Positions 12,853 to 26,055 of a stretch of 64,000 nt of DNA are shown piece by piece (within the stretch, counting starts at the first letter, position 1; each line of letters begins with the position of its first letter). The DNA is from Octopus vulgaris (lineage: Eukaryota): assembly GCA_951406725.2 (NCBI GenBank), contig OX597839.1, forward strand, positions 36,022,001 to 36,086,000, read 5' to 3'. The translations under genes and the position numbers were made by a program. Under the pieces are notes generated by a model. It was not told the DNA's origin, did not search any database, and saw only the letters and a program-made list of their open reading frames with translations.

Positions 12853-14452
12853 AGTATGAAGGCTTAAAATTCAACACTGTGCCCTCCCTGTGTTAGCAGT
12901 GCAATTCAATAACGTTTTTAAAGTTATCTCCAAAGATTTTCTATGGAAATTAGAGCCACCTCTGAAAGTTACGATGTTTCATATACGAATACGTCCATGT
13001 AAAATGTAATCGAAGAAAGGGTAAACAGGGAGTGTATTATGGCCGCATAACGAAGGTAGTATCACTACCAGCAATTGATGTGTACATACCAGCTGCTAGA
13101 ATTGTATTTAGCACGTAAAACTGGAATATCCCATTGTGTATCACCGCTAACGCTTGCGACTATTTATTTAAGAAATGAGTTCATGGAAGGTTAATGGATC
13201 GGATTTGATACTGATGAAGGAGTAATAATGCTTGAAATATGCATATACATTCATTCAACTACTTTCCTTTCTTCGATTGCATTGTCTACATAGATGTATT
13301 CGTATCTGAAATGTCGCAAGTTTGCTGGCTGTAATTTCTCCATAGAAAATCTGTAGAGATAACGTAAAGACTTTGTATGTTTGTATGTGTGTGTGTATGT
13401 GTGTGTGTGTGTTTCAAAATTATACAAAAACATAAGACAGAGATAGGTGAGATTGTGCTCATCCACAAAAAGGAAAATGAGGAAAGAAAACAGGGATATA
13501 TATATATATATACACACATACATACAGAGAAAGGGAGAGAGATGAAAGATTTATATCAAATAAATAAGAAGAAACCTCGAAAGAAAAATATGCTACATAA
13601 TATTTGAAGATGAGAATCGAAACTCAAGCCCTTCATATTGATATATATATATATATACATATATATGTGTGTATGTATGTATGTATGGCCACCAACACCG
13701 ACATTATTATCATCTCCACATTTGTGCAACGAAGTCTTCCCAGCAGTGGCCTACTTTTCTCTGTAGTTGCTATGACAACCGAAATTTCGCAGACCCACCA
13801 CCACCACCACCATCACCGCCGCCGCCATCATCACTTCCTCCATCATCCATTTCTCTTCCTCTGCACATTTCATCTACGATTTATTCTCTTCCTCCTTCTG
13901 CTCTCATTCGTACTCTATTTCTCTCTCTCTCTCTCTTCCTCTCTCTTTACTTCTCTCTTTCTCCCCCTCTCTCGTTACTTCTCTCTCTCTCTCCTCTTCT
14001 CTTTCAACTCACTCCAACTTCGTCGTTTCCATCGTTTCACTACCGCTTTCCACTTTCTCTCTCATACTACTACCCCTTCTCTCTCCACTCTCTCCTTTAC
14101 TCTTTCTATATCTTCTCTCTCACCCCGACCACCTCAACTCAGCCAATTACATTGTTCTCTTACTGTTACAGACCCTCTCTGTCACTCTCTCTCTCTCTCT
14201 TTCCCACTCACTCTCCCTCACTTCTATTTTTCATGACAAAGTCATTTTCCTCCCTCTATGTCTCTGTTTCACACTCTCCCTCTCTCTCCCTTTCTCTCTC
14301 TGTTACTCTCCCTCTCATATTCCATTCCCCCCTCTCTCTCTCACTCTTCAAGCTCCCTCGTTACATTACTCTTACTCTTACTCTCCTTCCTTTTTCATTA
14401 CATCACACCTTCCCTTTCTCACTCATCCACCTCTCTCATTACATCACACACA

Positions 14453-14484
<32 letters not shown>

Positions 14485-14551
14485 TCGACTATCTGCCTCT
14501 CTACATTTCTTCATACATCATACACCTTCCCTATCCATCTCTCTTGCTCTG

Positions 14552-14752
14552 CCTCTCTCGTTACATCATCCTTTCTATCATTCCTCCCCCTCTCTCGTTA
14601 CATCATCCTTTCTATCATTCCTCCCCCTCTCTCGTTACATCATCCTTTCTCTCATTCCTCCCCCTCTCTCGTTACATCATCCTTTCTCTCATTCTTCCCC
14701 CTCTCTCGTTACATCATCCTTTCTCTCATTCCTCCCCCTCTCACGTTACATC
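14552..14752. repeat. 37-bp minisatellite, about 5.5 copies
   Basis: gttacatca recurs at 14560, 14597, 14634, 14671, 14708, 14745. Confidence 0.92.
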
Positions 14753-14992
14753 ACACTCATCTCCGTGTTCAACTCCACCGCCACTGCCACCTTCATTGCA
14801 TCAAATCAATTATTCTTCGCCTCCATTTTTTTTTTCTTTTACACTTCATTTCAGCCGCCGCTCCATCACGTTATCTCCTCCTCTTCCACACTCCTTATCT
14901 TGATTTCACATCGCAGCATCAACTCGCACATTACATTTCATACACACACACACACACGTTCAATAGCGCGCGCACACATACACAAACACACA

Positions 14993-15040
<48 letters not shown>

Positions 15041-15139
15041 TATATATATGTATATATATATAACCTCACCACTCTTTCTTTCTCTTTCTCTTCCTCTCTC
15101 TGTATATATATAAATATATGTGTGCGTATACATACATAC

Positions 15140-15187
<48 letters not shown>

Positions 15188-15859
15188 ATGTATGTATGTA
15201 TGTATGTATGTATGTATTTATTTATGTATGTATGTATATATGTATGTATGTGTGTATGCATATTGCAAAGGAAATTTTTAAAACTCAAATAGAATAAGAC
15301 AGCGTAGGACGAACAAGATTTTCTGAACATTGTCTTTGCTTAAAGCTTAAGAAGGAAGGAAAAGAGTCGACGTTTCGGAGACTAGTTCTTCACCAGAAGA
15401 AAGGTACGTATAAAAGAAAAGTAAAGGTGGTGTATGAGAGGAAAAGAGATAGACATAAGACAAAAATATCCTGAGAGGAGTTAGAGGCCAGGTGAGAATG
15501 TGGTTCTATGGGTGAGGGAGTTAAGAAAGGAAGAACGAACGTATGTCTTTCTGCTTTGGTTTGTCTCTTCCCCAGTTGAGAACCGCTTTTGACTTGTTTA
15601 GGTCCCTGTAGCATATCAGTTCGATAAAAATAAAAAAAGGGCTGATAAAATAAGTGTCCCACTAAACAAAATATAAGTACTGCGATCGATTTTTTATCGA
15701 CTGACCCTACAAGGTAGTACTTCGGTAGAGATGGAGTTCAATGACTGGAAAAGTGAAAGGGCATATAAGTGTATAATAATTTAATAAATAAAACATATGC
15801 ATATATACATACATATATGTACGTACCTACCTCTACGTGTATATATACATGCATATATG

Positions 15860-16070
15860 GGTACAGGACACTAAAAAAAAAACGTCGAACACAATGAGAA
15901 ACGAAAACATAAACACAAAACCAAGGAACTGGAAATTTTTCTTAAACAACGAAAAAATAGAGTACAGGACAAATAACACAAGGAAAATTCCCCTTCTTCA
16001 GTCGCCATGGTTTCATCTACACTGCGTTTCGAAGGTGAAGGCGATACGCATCTTCGATTGAAACTTTCCA
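15860..16070 (-). mobile_element. Family E copy 2 (permuted HHR-like motif at 15988-16064)
   Basis: Minus strand UGCGU-A-UCGCC-UUCACCUUC-GAA-ACGCA-...-GGCGA-CUGAAGA-AGGGGAA; homologous to 1-170. Confidence 0.65.
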
Positions 16071-16429
16071 ATGTATAAGTGTATACATCGCTACAGAGAA
16101 ACCCAGGCGAATAGTAAAGCAGCTAGGTAGACAGGCATGCAGATAGACAGAAAGACAGACAAATAGATACACCGACTGACAGACTTATAACTAGTTGTTG
16201 AGAAAAAAAAGGGCGATAAACTTATTTTTCTATTTGTGTGTACGTGTGAGTGTTTGTGTGTGCGCGTGCGCGCGCGCGCGCCTGACAGTATATCTGTGAA
16301 TTTTGTTTTTGATAAACTAGATACTCGACGTGTGTGGCTGACGGGCAAAATAACTTTGGTGGGAAAGATAGCATGAATTGAACCAGTATATAAGACACAA
16401 CCGGTATACCAAAATCTGTTCAATTCTTG

Positions 16430-16650
16430 AAAATGAGAGTGTGAAGATCTGGAAACGGCGAATATAAATGTAGAAACTTTATAATTCCAAACGTATGGGA
16501 TGGCTTGGACATGTTAGCCGTATGAAAGATGGCTGAATCCCCAAGGACATACTCTACGGAGAGCTTGCTAGGGGCACTAGGTCTGTGGGAAGACCGTTCT
16601 TACGATACAAGGATGTTTGAAAAAGGGACATGAAGGCCTGCGATATCAAT
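16430..16650 (+). pseudogene. RTE-clade LINE ORF C-terminal fragment
   Basis: From 16489 reads [52 protein letters not shown], the typical RTE WLGHV...LYGEL...GRP...KD motif, with two in-frame stops. Confidence 0.88.
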
Positions 16651-16672
16651 ATATATATATGCACATATATGT

Positions 16673-16745
<73 letters not shown>

Positions 16746-17119
16746 TATATACATATACGTAACCAGCGTCCATCTTTCTTTTCCTGCACGGACGTTCAAA
16801 AGAACGGACCTTTTTTTTCTCTCGCTCGTCGATCTTTTCTCTTTTGAAACAAAGTTTCTTAGAGCGTTCACTATTTTCTTCTCGTTCTGGTCTAACGACT
16901 CTCCATATTTGTTTTCGTTGTATTTGTCTCATTGTATGTTTCCATTGTCATGGTTTTGCTCCCAACTTTGACCCTCCATAAATCCTGAATTTTAAATTAG
17001 AATTTAATGGGAGCAACTTTGACGACTCGTATAGTTGTTAAATGCTTGGAATGAGGAGTACATAGACAGCCGACAACTAATGAAGGGTTCTTTTCTCTGT
17101 GCATGTGCATATATATATA

Positions 17120-17294
17120 ACGGGAAGGTTTACGAAAATAAACAAAAGACGAAGGCAGGTGGAGTACAAACAAACAAATGTATTAGTATGGCGCTCAGGA
17201 ATAGAAATAGAACAAGTCTTTTACGTTTCGAGCCTACGCTCTTCGACAGAAAGATACACAGAAAAAGAAACAAGGAGAGAAACAAGGAGAGAAA
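17120..17294 (-). mobile_element. Family D mini-element, copy 3 (best HHR, 17217-17254)
   Basis: Minus strand UCUUU-CUGUCGA-A-GAGC-GUAG-GCUC-GAAAC-GUA-AAAGA; 5-bp stem I, 4-bp stem II, palindromic ACGU stem III; TA repeats on both sides. Confidence 0.8.
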
Positions 17295-18019
17295 TATATG
17301 TATATATATATATATATCGGTCTGTATGGCCACCGGTATAATTATTTTAATGAATATATCCTCATTTTATACGCATATATATATATATTCATGTGTTGAG
17401 TCCTATTTTTCCATTTTCTATCGCAAAACATCCATACAAACACACACGCAAGCATATATGTGTGTGTGTATATTACCAACCTAATGCTATCAATTGCTCC
17501 TACTCTGCCTAATACCGCAACTACATTCCGCTCCCACCTCCTGCCTACACCACTGCTACCATTTACGGCCGCCACCATTAACCTTCATCGCTACTACCTC
17601 TTCCACTTCCCGCCCGTCAGCCTCTTTCCTCCGCCAACCCACCATCAGCTACAACAACAACAATAATATCACCATCACCGCCACAGATCATCCATTGCTT
17701 TTGCCAACACCAGCACCGACACCATCGTCTTTCATTTTTAATTTAATCTCTCCTCTCCTTTTGCATACTGTTCTAACCTCCATCTTTAACTCTACAACGA
17801 ACGCTGCCGCCGACACCACTTTGTGCTCCATCATAACCGCAACCGCCACATCGGTCTTATGACAACCAACACGCATTCACATTCACATAACACACAACAT
17901 TCATATAAGCAAAGACACACATACACACACACACAGAAACGCAAACACACACACACATACTCGCGCACACACACACACACACACACACACAGAGGGAGAG
18001 AAATTTAACTAAGATAATT

Positions 18020-18101
18020 ATGTATATGCACATACATACACACATAATATATACATATATATAATATACACACACATATATATGTATGCATACATAATAT
18101 A

Positions 18102-18139
<38 letters not shown>

Positions 18140-18164
18140 TATACTAAGTATATACATACATAAT

Positions 18165-18218
<54 letters not shown>

Positions 18219-18393
18219 TTATATATAGATGAATGTATACGTTTATACACATAAGTATATATATGCATACGTATATGTATATATGAATATATATATATAT
18301 ATACACACAATATATGTATATATATTTATATATAGATGAATGTATACGTTTATACACATAAGTATATATATGCATACATATATGTATATATGA

Positions 18394-18480
<87 letters not shown>

Positions 18481-18603
18481 CATATATATATATACACATA
18501 TATATATATATACATACACAATATATGTATATATATTTATATATAGATGAATGTATACGTTTATACACGTAAGTATATATATGCTTACGTATATGTATAT
18601 ATG

Positions 18604-18646
<43 letters not shown>

Positions 18647-18693
18647 CATATATATATACACACGCATATATATATATACACACACATATATAC

Positions 18694-18724
<31 letters not shown>

Positions 18725-18785
18725 TATATATATATATATATACCCACATATATATATATATATATATACACACACATATATATGC
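18020..18785. repeat. TA-rich compound microsatellite with three copies of a higher-order unit
   Basis: atagatgaatgtatacgtttatacac recurs at about 18224, 18332 and 18543. Confidence 0.9.
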
Positions 18786-19125
18786 GTGTGTGGGTGTGGG
18801 TGTGTGCCCATGTATGTATACATACATACATGCATACTCATACACCGACACAGCATTTTTATCAATTTACTTCCTCTCTGCCGCTCATAACACTGTTTCT
18901 CCCCTTCACATCAACCTTTCCTTCACTTTTTCTCTCCCCTCCTACCACCTATGTGCAACACGTTTTTCTCCAAACTTACTCCCACTATATCTTAAATCCT
19001 CTCTCTTCCGTTCGTCTTCTCTCTTGAGAATTTTTTTTCCTCGTCTTCTTCCTCCTGTCTGCCATCTTTGTGTCTTCATTAAGGAATCTTCAGCTTGCCA
19101 ATTACGCACAAACACGCACGCATAC

Positions 19126-19175
<50 letters not shown>

Positions 19176-19336
19176 ATATCTATATATATATATATATGTG
19201 TATATAAATATATATATATGTGTGTATATATATATATATATACATATGTACATATATACACACATACATTTTCATATATTTCCATTACATTATTCTCTCA
19301 TTCAACTCTCTCTGCCTCTCTCTCTTTCCCTCATTC

Positions 19337-19387
<51 letters not shown>

Positions 19388-19594
19388 CAACGTTAAATCC
19401 TCCATCTTGCTCCAGAATAAACTAAATAGACAGATAGGTAGATAGATAAGCAACTCTAGTTCTTACAGATCACACACACACAGAGGCAGATAGGTTTAAC
19501 AGCTACATTCTTTTATTCTTTAGTTTCAATCATTTGACTGCGGCCATGCTGGAGCACCACCTTTACATCGTTATATTTCCCCTTCTCACAATAC

Positions 19595-19660
<66 letters not shown>

Positions 19661-19774
19661 GCACATATGTATATACATACATACGTACATATATGTGGTT
19701 ATGAGTTGGTTTGACTCTAATTTCTAGTAATACTGGTGCTAAATAGTGCCCTCAGTCGCTTTAATGATGTATAT

Positions 19775-19937
19775 ATTTTTGTCTTTCGGTTGAAAAATCG
19801 CTAACAAGCCAAAAACTGTCCGACGAACGGCAACGGGAAACTCAGAGTAACAGGTTTTGTTGAATTTTCTGCTGCTTTAAATAAAGCATATTACTCTACC
19901 ACTGGTATTTGAGTACTTTTTTTTCCACCTTGTTTCA
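19775..19937 (+). mobile_element. TA-embedded mini-element with type I HHR-like motif (19812-19858) and AATAAA
   Basis: AAAACUGU-CCGACGA-ACGGCAACGG-GAAA-CUCAGAGUA-ACAGGUUUU; downstream aataaa and a tactc/gagta hairpin. Confidence 0.6.
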
Positions 19938-19955
19938 CGTTTATGTGTTTACTCC

Positions 19956-20062
<107 letters not shown>

Positions 20063-20081
20063 ATGGATGGATGGATGGATG

Positions 20082-20192
<111 letters not shown>

Positions 20193-21074
20193 CATTGAAA
20201 TGAGAATGTGAAAGAGTGAAACAGCTACAGACACACATATTTACAGAGAGACAGACACTTGGACACGCTGAAAGACTGACAGGTTTTCGACGTCTGATAT
20301 TTCCTATACGAAGAGCAATTGTAGATTTTTGTAAAATTTAATTTGTCCATTGACTAAAGATACGACATCCTGGGAAACATACTTTCGTTTGTTTTCCACG
20401 AAATATATCGAAGGAGAGGTGCAGAAATAGGATCTGGGATGGTTCATGGATTTCCATAGAATGTTACTAGCGTGAATAAATGAATTAAATAAAGTCCAAT
20501 CTCAACTAAAATTGAAACCGTGCTGCCATTGTAGCTCAAAGACACAACAATAAACGCCATATTGGATTCATTTTGCTGTCAATGCATATAAAAAAAATTG
20601 TGTGTAGATGTATGTACGTATGTGTATGAATATGATTTCGTGTAAATGTGTGTGAGTATGTATGTGTGCGCGCGTTTAAATGTGTATCTATATCCGTGTT
20701 TATCTGTATATGTACGCATGTATATGCGTGCGTGTGTGTTTCTGTCTCTAAGTTATAATGCGTATGTGTGTGTGTGTGTGTCTGTGTGTGTATGTCGGTG
20801 GGACTGTATACGCTTGTTTGTATAGATATGTGATTGTATGTATAGATATATCTGTGTGTGTGTGTGTGTGTGCCAGTGTGTGCGCGTGGTAAGTGTATTT
20901 ACATGCGTACACATCTGTATCTATGTCTGTCTCTCTCTCTTTACATTAGTGTATGCGTGTGTGTGTGTGTGCGTACCTCTGTATATATATGTGTGTGTTC
21001 GTGTACGTGTCTGTGTGTGTGTACGTGCGTGTATGTGTGAGTGTGCGTGATTGCGTATGTGTGTATGTGTTTGT

Positions 21075-21112
<38 letters not shown>

Positions 21113-21655
21113 GTGTGCTCATTACGAAAGGACACATAAACAGAAAAAGCTTAAACAGCTTCAAACATTTGCCATCTTGTATTGTCAGAACGCGTGTCTT
21201 ATGATGTTGCAAATGAATATGTATCTGCACACACGCACACACACACACACAGAGGCACATACATTCACGAACACTACACACATGTATGGATACGCATTGT
21301 TTTGTTACCATGGAAACCACCCGTATCAATGACAACGAGATCTAAATGTACTTTAATCGGGTTTGTTTAGAGACAATAGAAACGTAACGACCATCGCCAG
21401 CAAGTCTTCCCATCTCTCCCTCCCTCTCTCTCTCTCTCTCTCTTTCTCAGTATATCTGTATACATACATACTCACACACATACACACACGCATACATACA
21501 TACACACATACGTATACAAACATTCCTATATTTAAGCGTACATACATACATACAAACATATATGCATCGGTCTGTGTCCATCCATCACAATTATTTCTCG
21601 TTTTCTCTCCCACTCTTTCTATAATCTCTCACATCACTTTCTCAACATAGATAGC

Positions 21656-21728
<73 letters not shown>

Positions 21729-21751
21729 ATGGATAGATAGCTAGATAGATG

Positions 21752-21824
<73 letters not shown>

Positions 21825-21972
21825 ACATACATATAGATAGATAGATAATACATACATAGATAAACACATATATACATACATAGGCTCACACATACACATA
21901 AATAAGAGATGCTAAACGACAAACACATATACAGTAAAACGAAAAGTACACTCGTTCATACAAACACACACA

Positions 21973-22012
<40 letters not shown>

Positions 22013-22515
22013 CACACACACATACACACACACTCACCCACAATGACTCATTCACTTACTCGCATGCACACACACGCATACACTGAATAACCAAAATATA
22101 AAAATGTTTCTCAATATTTCTATCTGGAAAAGAAATTACCTAAATGTATGTGTCTCTGCGCGAGTGTGTGTGTGTCTGTACATTTTCGGTGCGACTCTGT
22201 GAATATGCGTACATCTGTGTATATCACTGTGCAACCTCCACCAAACTGAATGTTGGTGCCGTGCGCGAAAACTATATAGGTATGAGAGAAGGTCAGTTTA
22301 AGACACGAAGCTTCAATCATAGTCTTATTTTAAGAAGGAAAGAAAGGCTGAAAGCAAAGAAGTTGTCCAAATGCTGCTGGTATTTGAGACAAACATAGGT
22401 AACCATTGTTAGCGCAGGTGACAGAACCGAACGCATTATAATTAGAGGTTTCAAACCTCTGCGATGCTGGTTCGTATTCCTTGAATAATAATAATGGCTA
22501 TCAGAATATTTTTTA

Positions 22516-22930
22516 GGCGGCGAGCTAGCAGAAACGTTAGCACGCCGGGCGAAATGTTTAGCGGTATTTCGTCTGTCGCTACGTTTTGAGTTCAAGTTCC
22601 GCCGAGGTCGACTTTGCCTTTCATCATTTCGGGGTCGATAAAATAAGTACCAGTTACGCACTGGGGTCGATATAATCGACTTAATCCGTTTGTCTGTCCT
22701 TGTTTGTCCTCTCTGTGTTTAGCCCCTTGTGGGTAGAAAAGAAATAAGTATTTCGTCTGCCGTTACGTTCTGAGTTCAAATTCCGCCGAGGTCGACTTTG
22801 CCTTTCATTCTTTCGGGGTCGATAAAATAAGTACCAGTTACGCACTGGGGTCGATATAATCGACTTAATCCGTTTGTCTGTCCTTGTTTGTCCTCTCTGT
22901 GTTTAGCCCCTTGTGGGTAGTAAAGAAATA
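22516..22930 (+). mobile_element. SINE family B1 with tandem duplication of its 3' ~185 bp
   Basis: Unit gtatttcgtctg...aaagaaata at 22564 and again at 22748. Confidence 0.9.
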
Positions 22931-23251
22931 GGTATTTGAAACAAACATGTTACTAACTTTTTAACATTAAGATGATCACTGAACCATGCAGATCATACAG
23001 CAACAAAATAAAATTTGCAATTTAAGTGCAGTGCAAAAGAGGCATCTACTTAAAAATCTACCATAAATGCTAGATCGAACTTTTTTTTTTACAAAAGGCC
23101 GTCACTTCAGTAGATATTTACTAAACAGAAAATTGACTTTAATACTAGCAATAGATAAATAGTTCTACACTCTGCGTTTCGAATGCTTTAATTTTCTATA
23201 TAATCGAGCATAACTTTCTCCATCTTAATTTTGATATCTCTGAGTCCTCTA

Positions 23252-23485
23252 TAGGCGCAGGAGTGGCTGTGTGGTAAGTAGCTTGCTTAACAACCACATA
23301 GTTCTTGGTTCATTCCTACTGCGTGGCACCTTGGGCAAGTGTCATCTACCATAGCCTCGGGCCGACCAAAGCCTTGTGAATGGATTTGGTAGACGGAAAC
23401 TAAAAGAAGCCCGTCGTACATATGTATATATATATGTATGTGTGTGTATATGTTTATGGGTCTGTGTTTGTCGCTTGACAACCGA
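23252..23485 (+). mobile_element. SINE family A, 5' portion
   Basis: taggcgcaggagtggctgtgtgg...gcttgacaaccga. Confidence 0.9.
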
Positions 23486-23798
23486 CATACTTTCCCTGCT
23501 CGAGCCAAAATTCAAAACAGGATTGCCGTTGGTAAAATCCCATTGCACATGGGTATGCGCCATTTTGATTCATTAGGGTTTCAACCACCACCAACAACAA
23601 CAACGATAACAATAAATGAATGTTACATGTGTGACTAAGAATTCATTTAGCATTTTCTTTCTCTTATTTAGCTTTTATCATAGAAAATGCGTTACACCTC
23701 CAGCCTCTAATATTTACCACAAAACCAAACGGCTGAACATTAAGTTGGTTAATAGACTATAGCCTCTATTCGTTTGCCTTTGAAATGGTAACTTAAGA

Positions 23799-23852
<54 letters not shown>

Positions 23853-24077
23853 GGAGGAGCTGGTTTGAGTTCCAGTGAGTGTCTGCATTTGCGTGTGTTG
23901 GAGTCAGCATTAATCGTATTAAAGTTGAACATGACTAAATTACACTAGAGATTATTATTATCAATACAGAATTTCATGTCGGTGAATTAATATCATATAT
24001 TCATATACGTAATTTCTCACTCCATTTCTGTTTGTCTATCTGTCTCTCTTTCCATATATATATACATATATATATAA

Positions 24078-24240
24078 ACGGGGGGGTGCACGTAACGCCG
24101 CGATAATATAAGAATAAATGTTTTTATATATAAAGAACGTGAAATACAGGAAGGGACGAACACGGAACACAGACAAATCATTCGAAGCCTTCAATCTTCA
24201 GTCAGACACCGAATCATCATAGCAAATTTCGGCTGTTCAA

Positions 24241-24243
<3 letters not shown>
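24078..24243 (-). mobile_element. TA-embedded mini-element (family G) with partial permuted HHR-like motif
   Basis: Minus strand AGCC-GAAA-UUUGC...UCUGA-CUGAAGA-UUGAA-GGCU; (TA)n on both sides. Confidence 0.45.
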
Positions 24244-24279
<36 letters not shown>

Positions 24280-24907
24280 TCTCTCTCTCTCTCACTCACA
24301 CACACGCACATACACACACAACACACATTGACAAACAGCAGATATTCTGCAAACGAGGCTGAGAAGATTTTCCAGGTGCAGATTCATGATAGTACGACGC
24401 GCGAGGCAAACGAATGCCAGTCTTACATATATGTATATGTGTGTGTATACATACACACACACACACATACAGGCATATATGTGTATGTATGTGTGTGTGT
24501 ATTTCCACGTATTTGGCTGAAATCTTCGCTCTATTTCATGCATTATAACATATGCATGTGTATGTATACACACGCATACACACGCATATATATATACATA
24601 CTTACATGCATACATACGTGCAAGCTGAACGCTATACGTGTTTTAGTGTATAGGGAATTCAAAGAAACACATCAAACGGACGCACACACATATTTATGAC
24701 TGCATGCATACATACATGCATACAAATACATACATGCATGCATACACACACAGTGATTGCGCATGGACAGAGATCAGTGTATATATGTGCCGACAGCAAC
24801 AAATTAATGCATCTACATACATACCGTACATACAAACATACATTCATTTAAGAACACGTACAAATAGATAAACACGATCATACATAATATATACGCACAC
24901 ATATATA

Positions 24908-24938
<31 letters not shown>

Positions 24939-25645
24939 TATGCATGTATATATACATATGTGTGTGTGTGTGTTATATATAACATAGATGCAAACATATA
25001 GATCCATAAAGCACGGTGGCTTCCGTCGATTATAACGAAAAGTAAGAAGGGGATGATGGCGTTACATTTGATATGTCAGCTACAAAAAGGTGGACGCTTT
25101 CATCATTTTCTCTTTATTCAGCACCGAGAGTGGATGAGTGTTGGTTGTGATGGGGGAACATGGAGGACAATGTAGGTGGGAAAGAAACGGTTGGTTATTA
25201 GGTGAGGGATATCTGGGTGACGGGAGGTGGCGGGTATTGAGGTAGAAAGGTTCGCCTTTCAGTTGCAAAGACAGGAAAGGAGATATTTATAGACAAAACG
25301 ATCGTCTGTAAACAGAAGTTTACAATACTGAGACAAAGAACTGTGCACTCGGATTACATACATATATAGATGCGTGCATGCATACACACGAACGCACACA
25401 CACTTGTACACACGCACACTTATATACCTACAATCACACACTTATACTTGCGTTTATAGCATTTATATACACTCACTCATATACGCAGACATTTGTATAT
25501 ATCGAAACAGAAGATCGGGAAACAGATTGTTAAACAGACAGATAGACAGACAAGCAGGCAGGAAGGCGGGCAGAAAGATAAATGGACAGATAGACATGAC
25601 AGACAGATGGACAAACAGATCTTTGTGTGTGTTTGTGTGTGTGTC

Positions 25646-26040
25646 TCTTTTTACGCTTTTTACTTGTTTCAGTCATTTGACTGTGGCCATGCTGGAGCAC
25701 CGCCTTTAATCGAGCAACTCGACCCCTGGACTTATTCTTTTGTAAGCCCAGTACTTATTCGATCGGTCTCTTTTGCCGAATCGCTAAGTAACGGGGACGT
25801 AAACACACCAGCATCGATTGTCAAGCAATCCTAGGGGGACAAACACAGACACACACACGCATATATATACATATATACGACGGGCTTCTTTCAGTTTCCG
25901 TCTACCAAATCCACTCACAAGGCTTTGGTCGGCCCGAGGCTATAAGTAGAAGACACTTACCCAAGGTGCCACGCAGTGGGACTGAACCTGGAACCATGTG
26001 GTTGGTAAACAAGCTACTTACCACACACACACACTCCTGT
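25646..26040 (-). mobile_element. SINE family A, full length
   Basis: Reverse complement of the 9975-10460 type. Confidence 0.9.
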
Positions 26041-26055
26041 GTGTGTATGCATATG

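Noticed and set aside
14552-14752. 37-bp periodic array as CRISPR
   Set aside because: Head-to-tail units with no unique spacers; eukaryotic context; no cas genes
13669-15063. 464-aa ORF
   Set aside because: S/L/P/H-rich translation of CT-rich low-complexity DNA and a 37-bp minisatellite; overlapping frames are open too and no domain is recognisable
15364-15400. HHR-like CUGGUGA-A...GAAAC-GUC on the minus strand
   Set aside because: Stems I and II pair too poorly to support a call from this copy alone, though it may be a decayed PLE end
17857-19425. 324-aa and 292-aa ORFs
   Set aside because: YI/HT/CV dipeptides from (TA)/(CA) microsatellites
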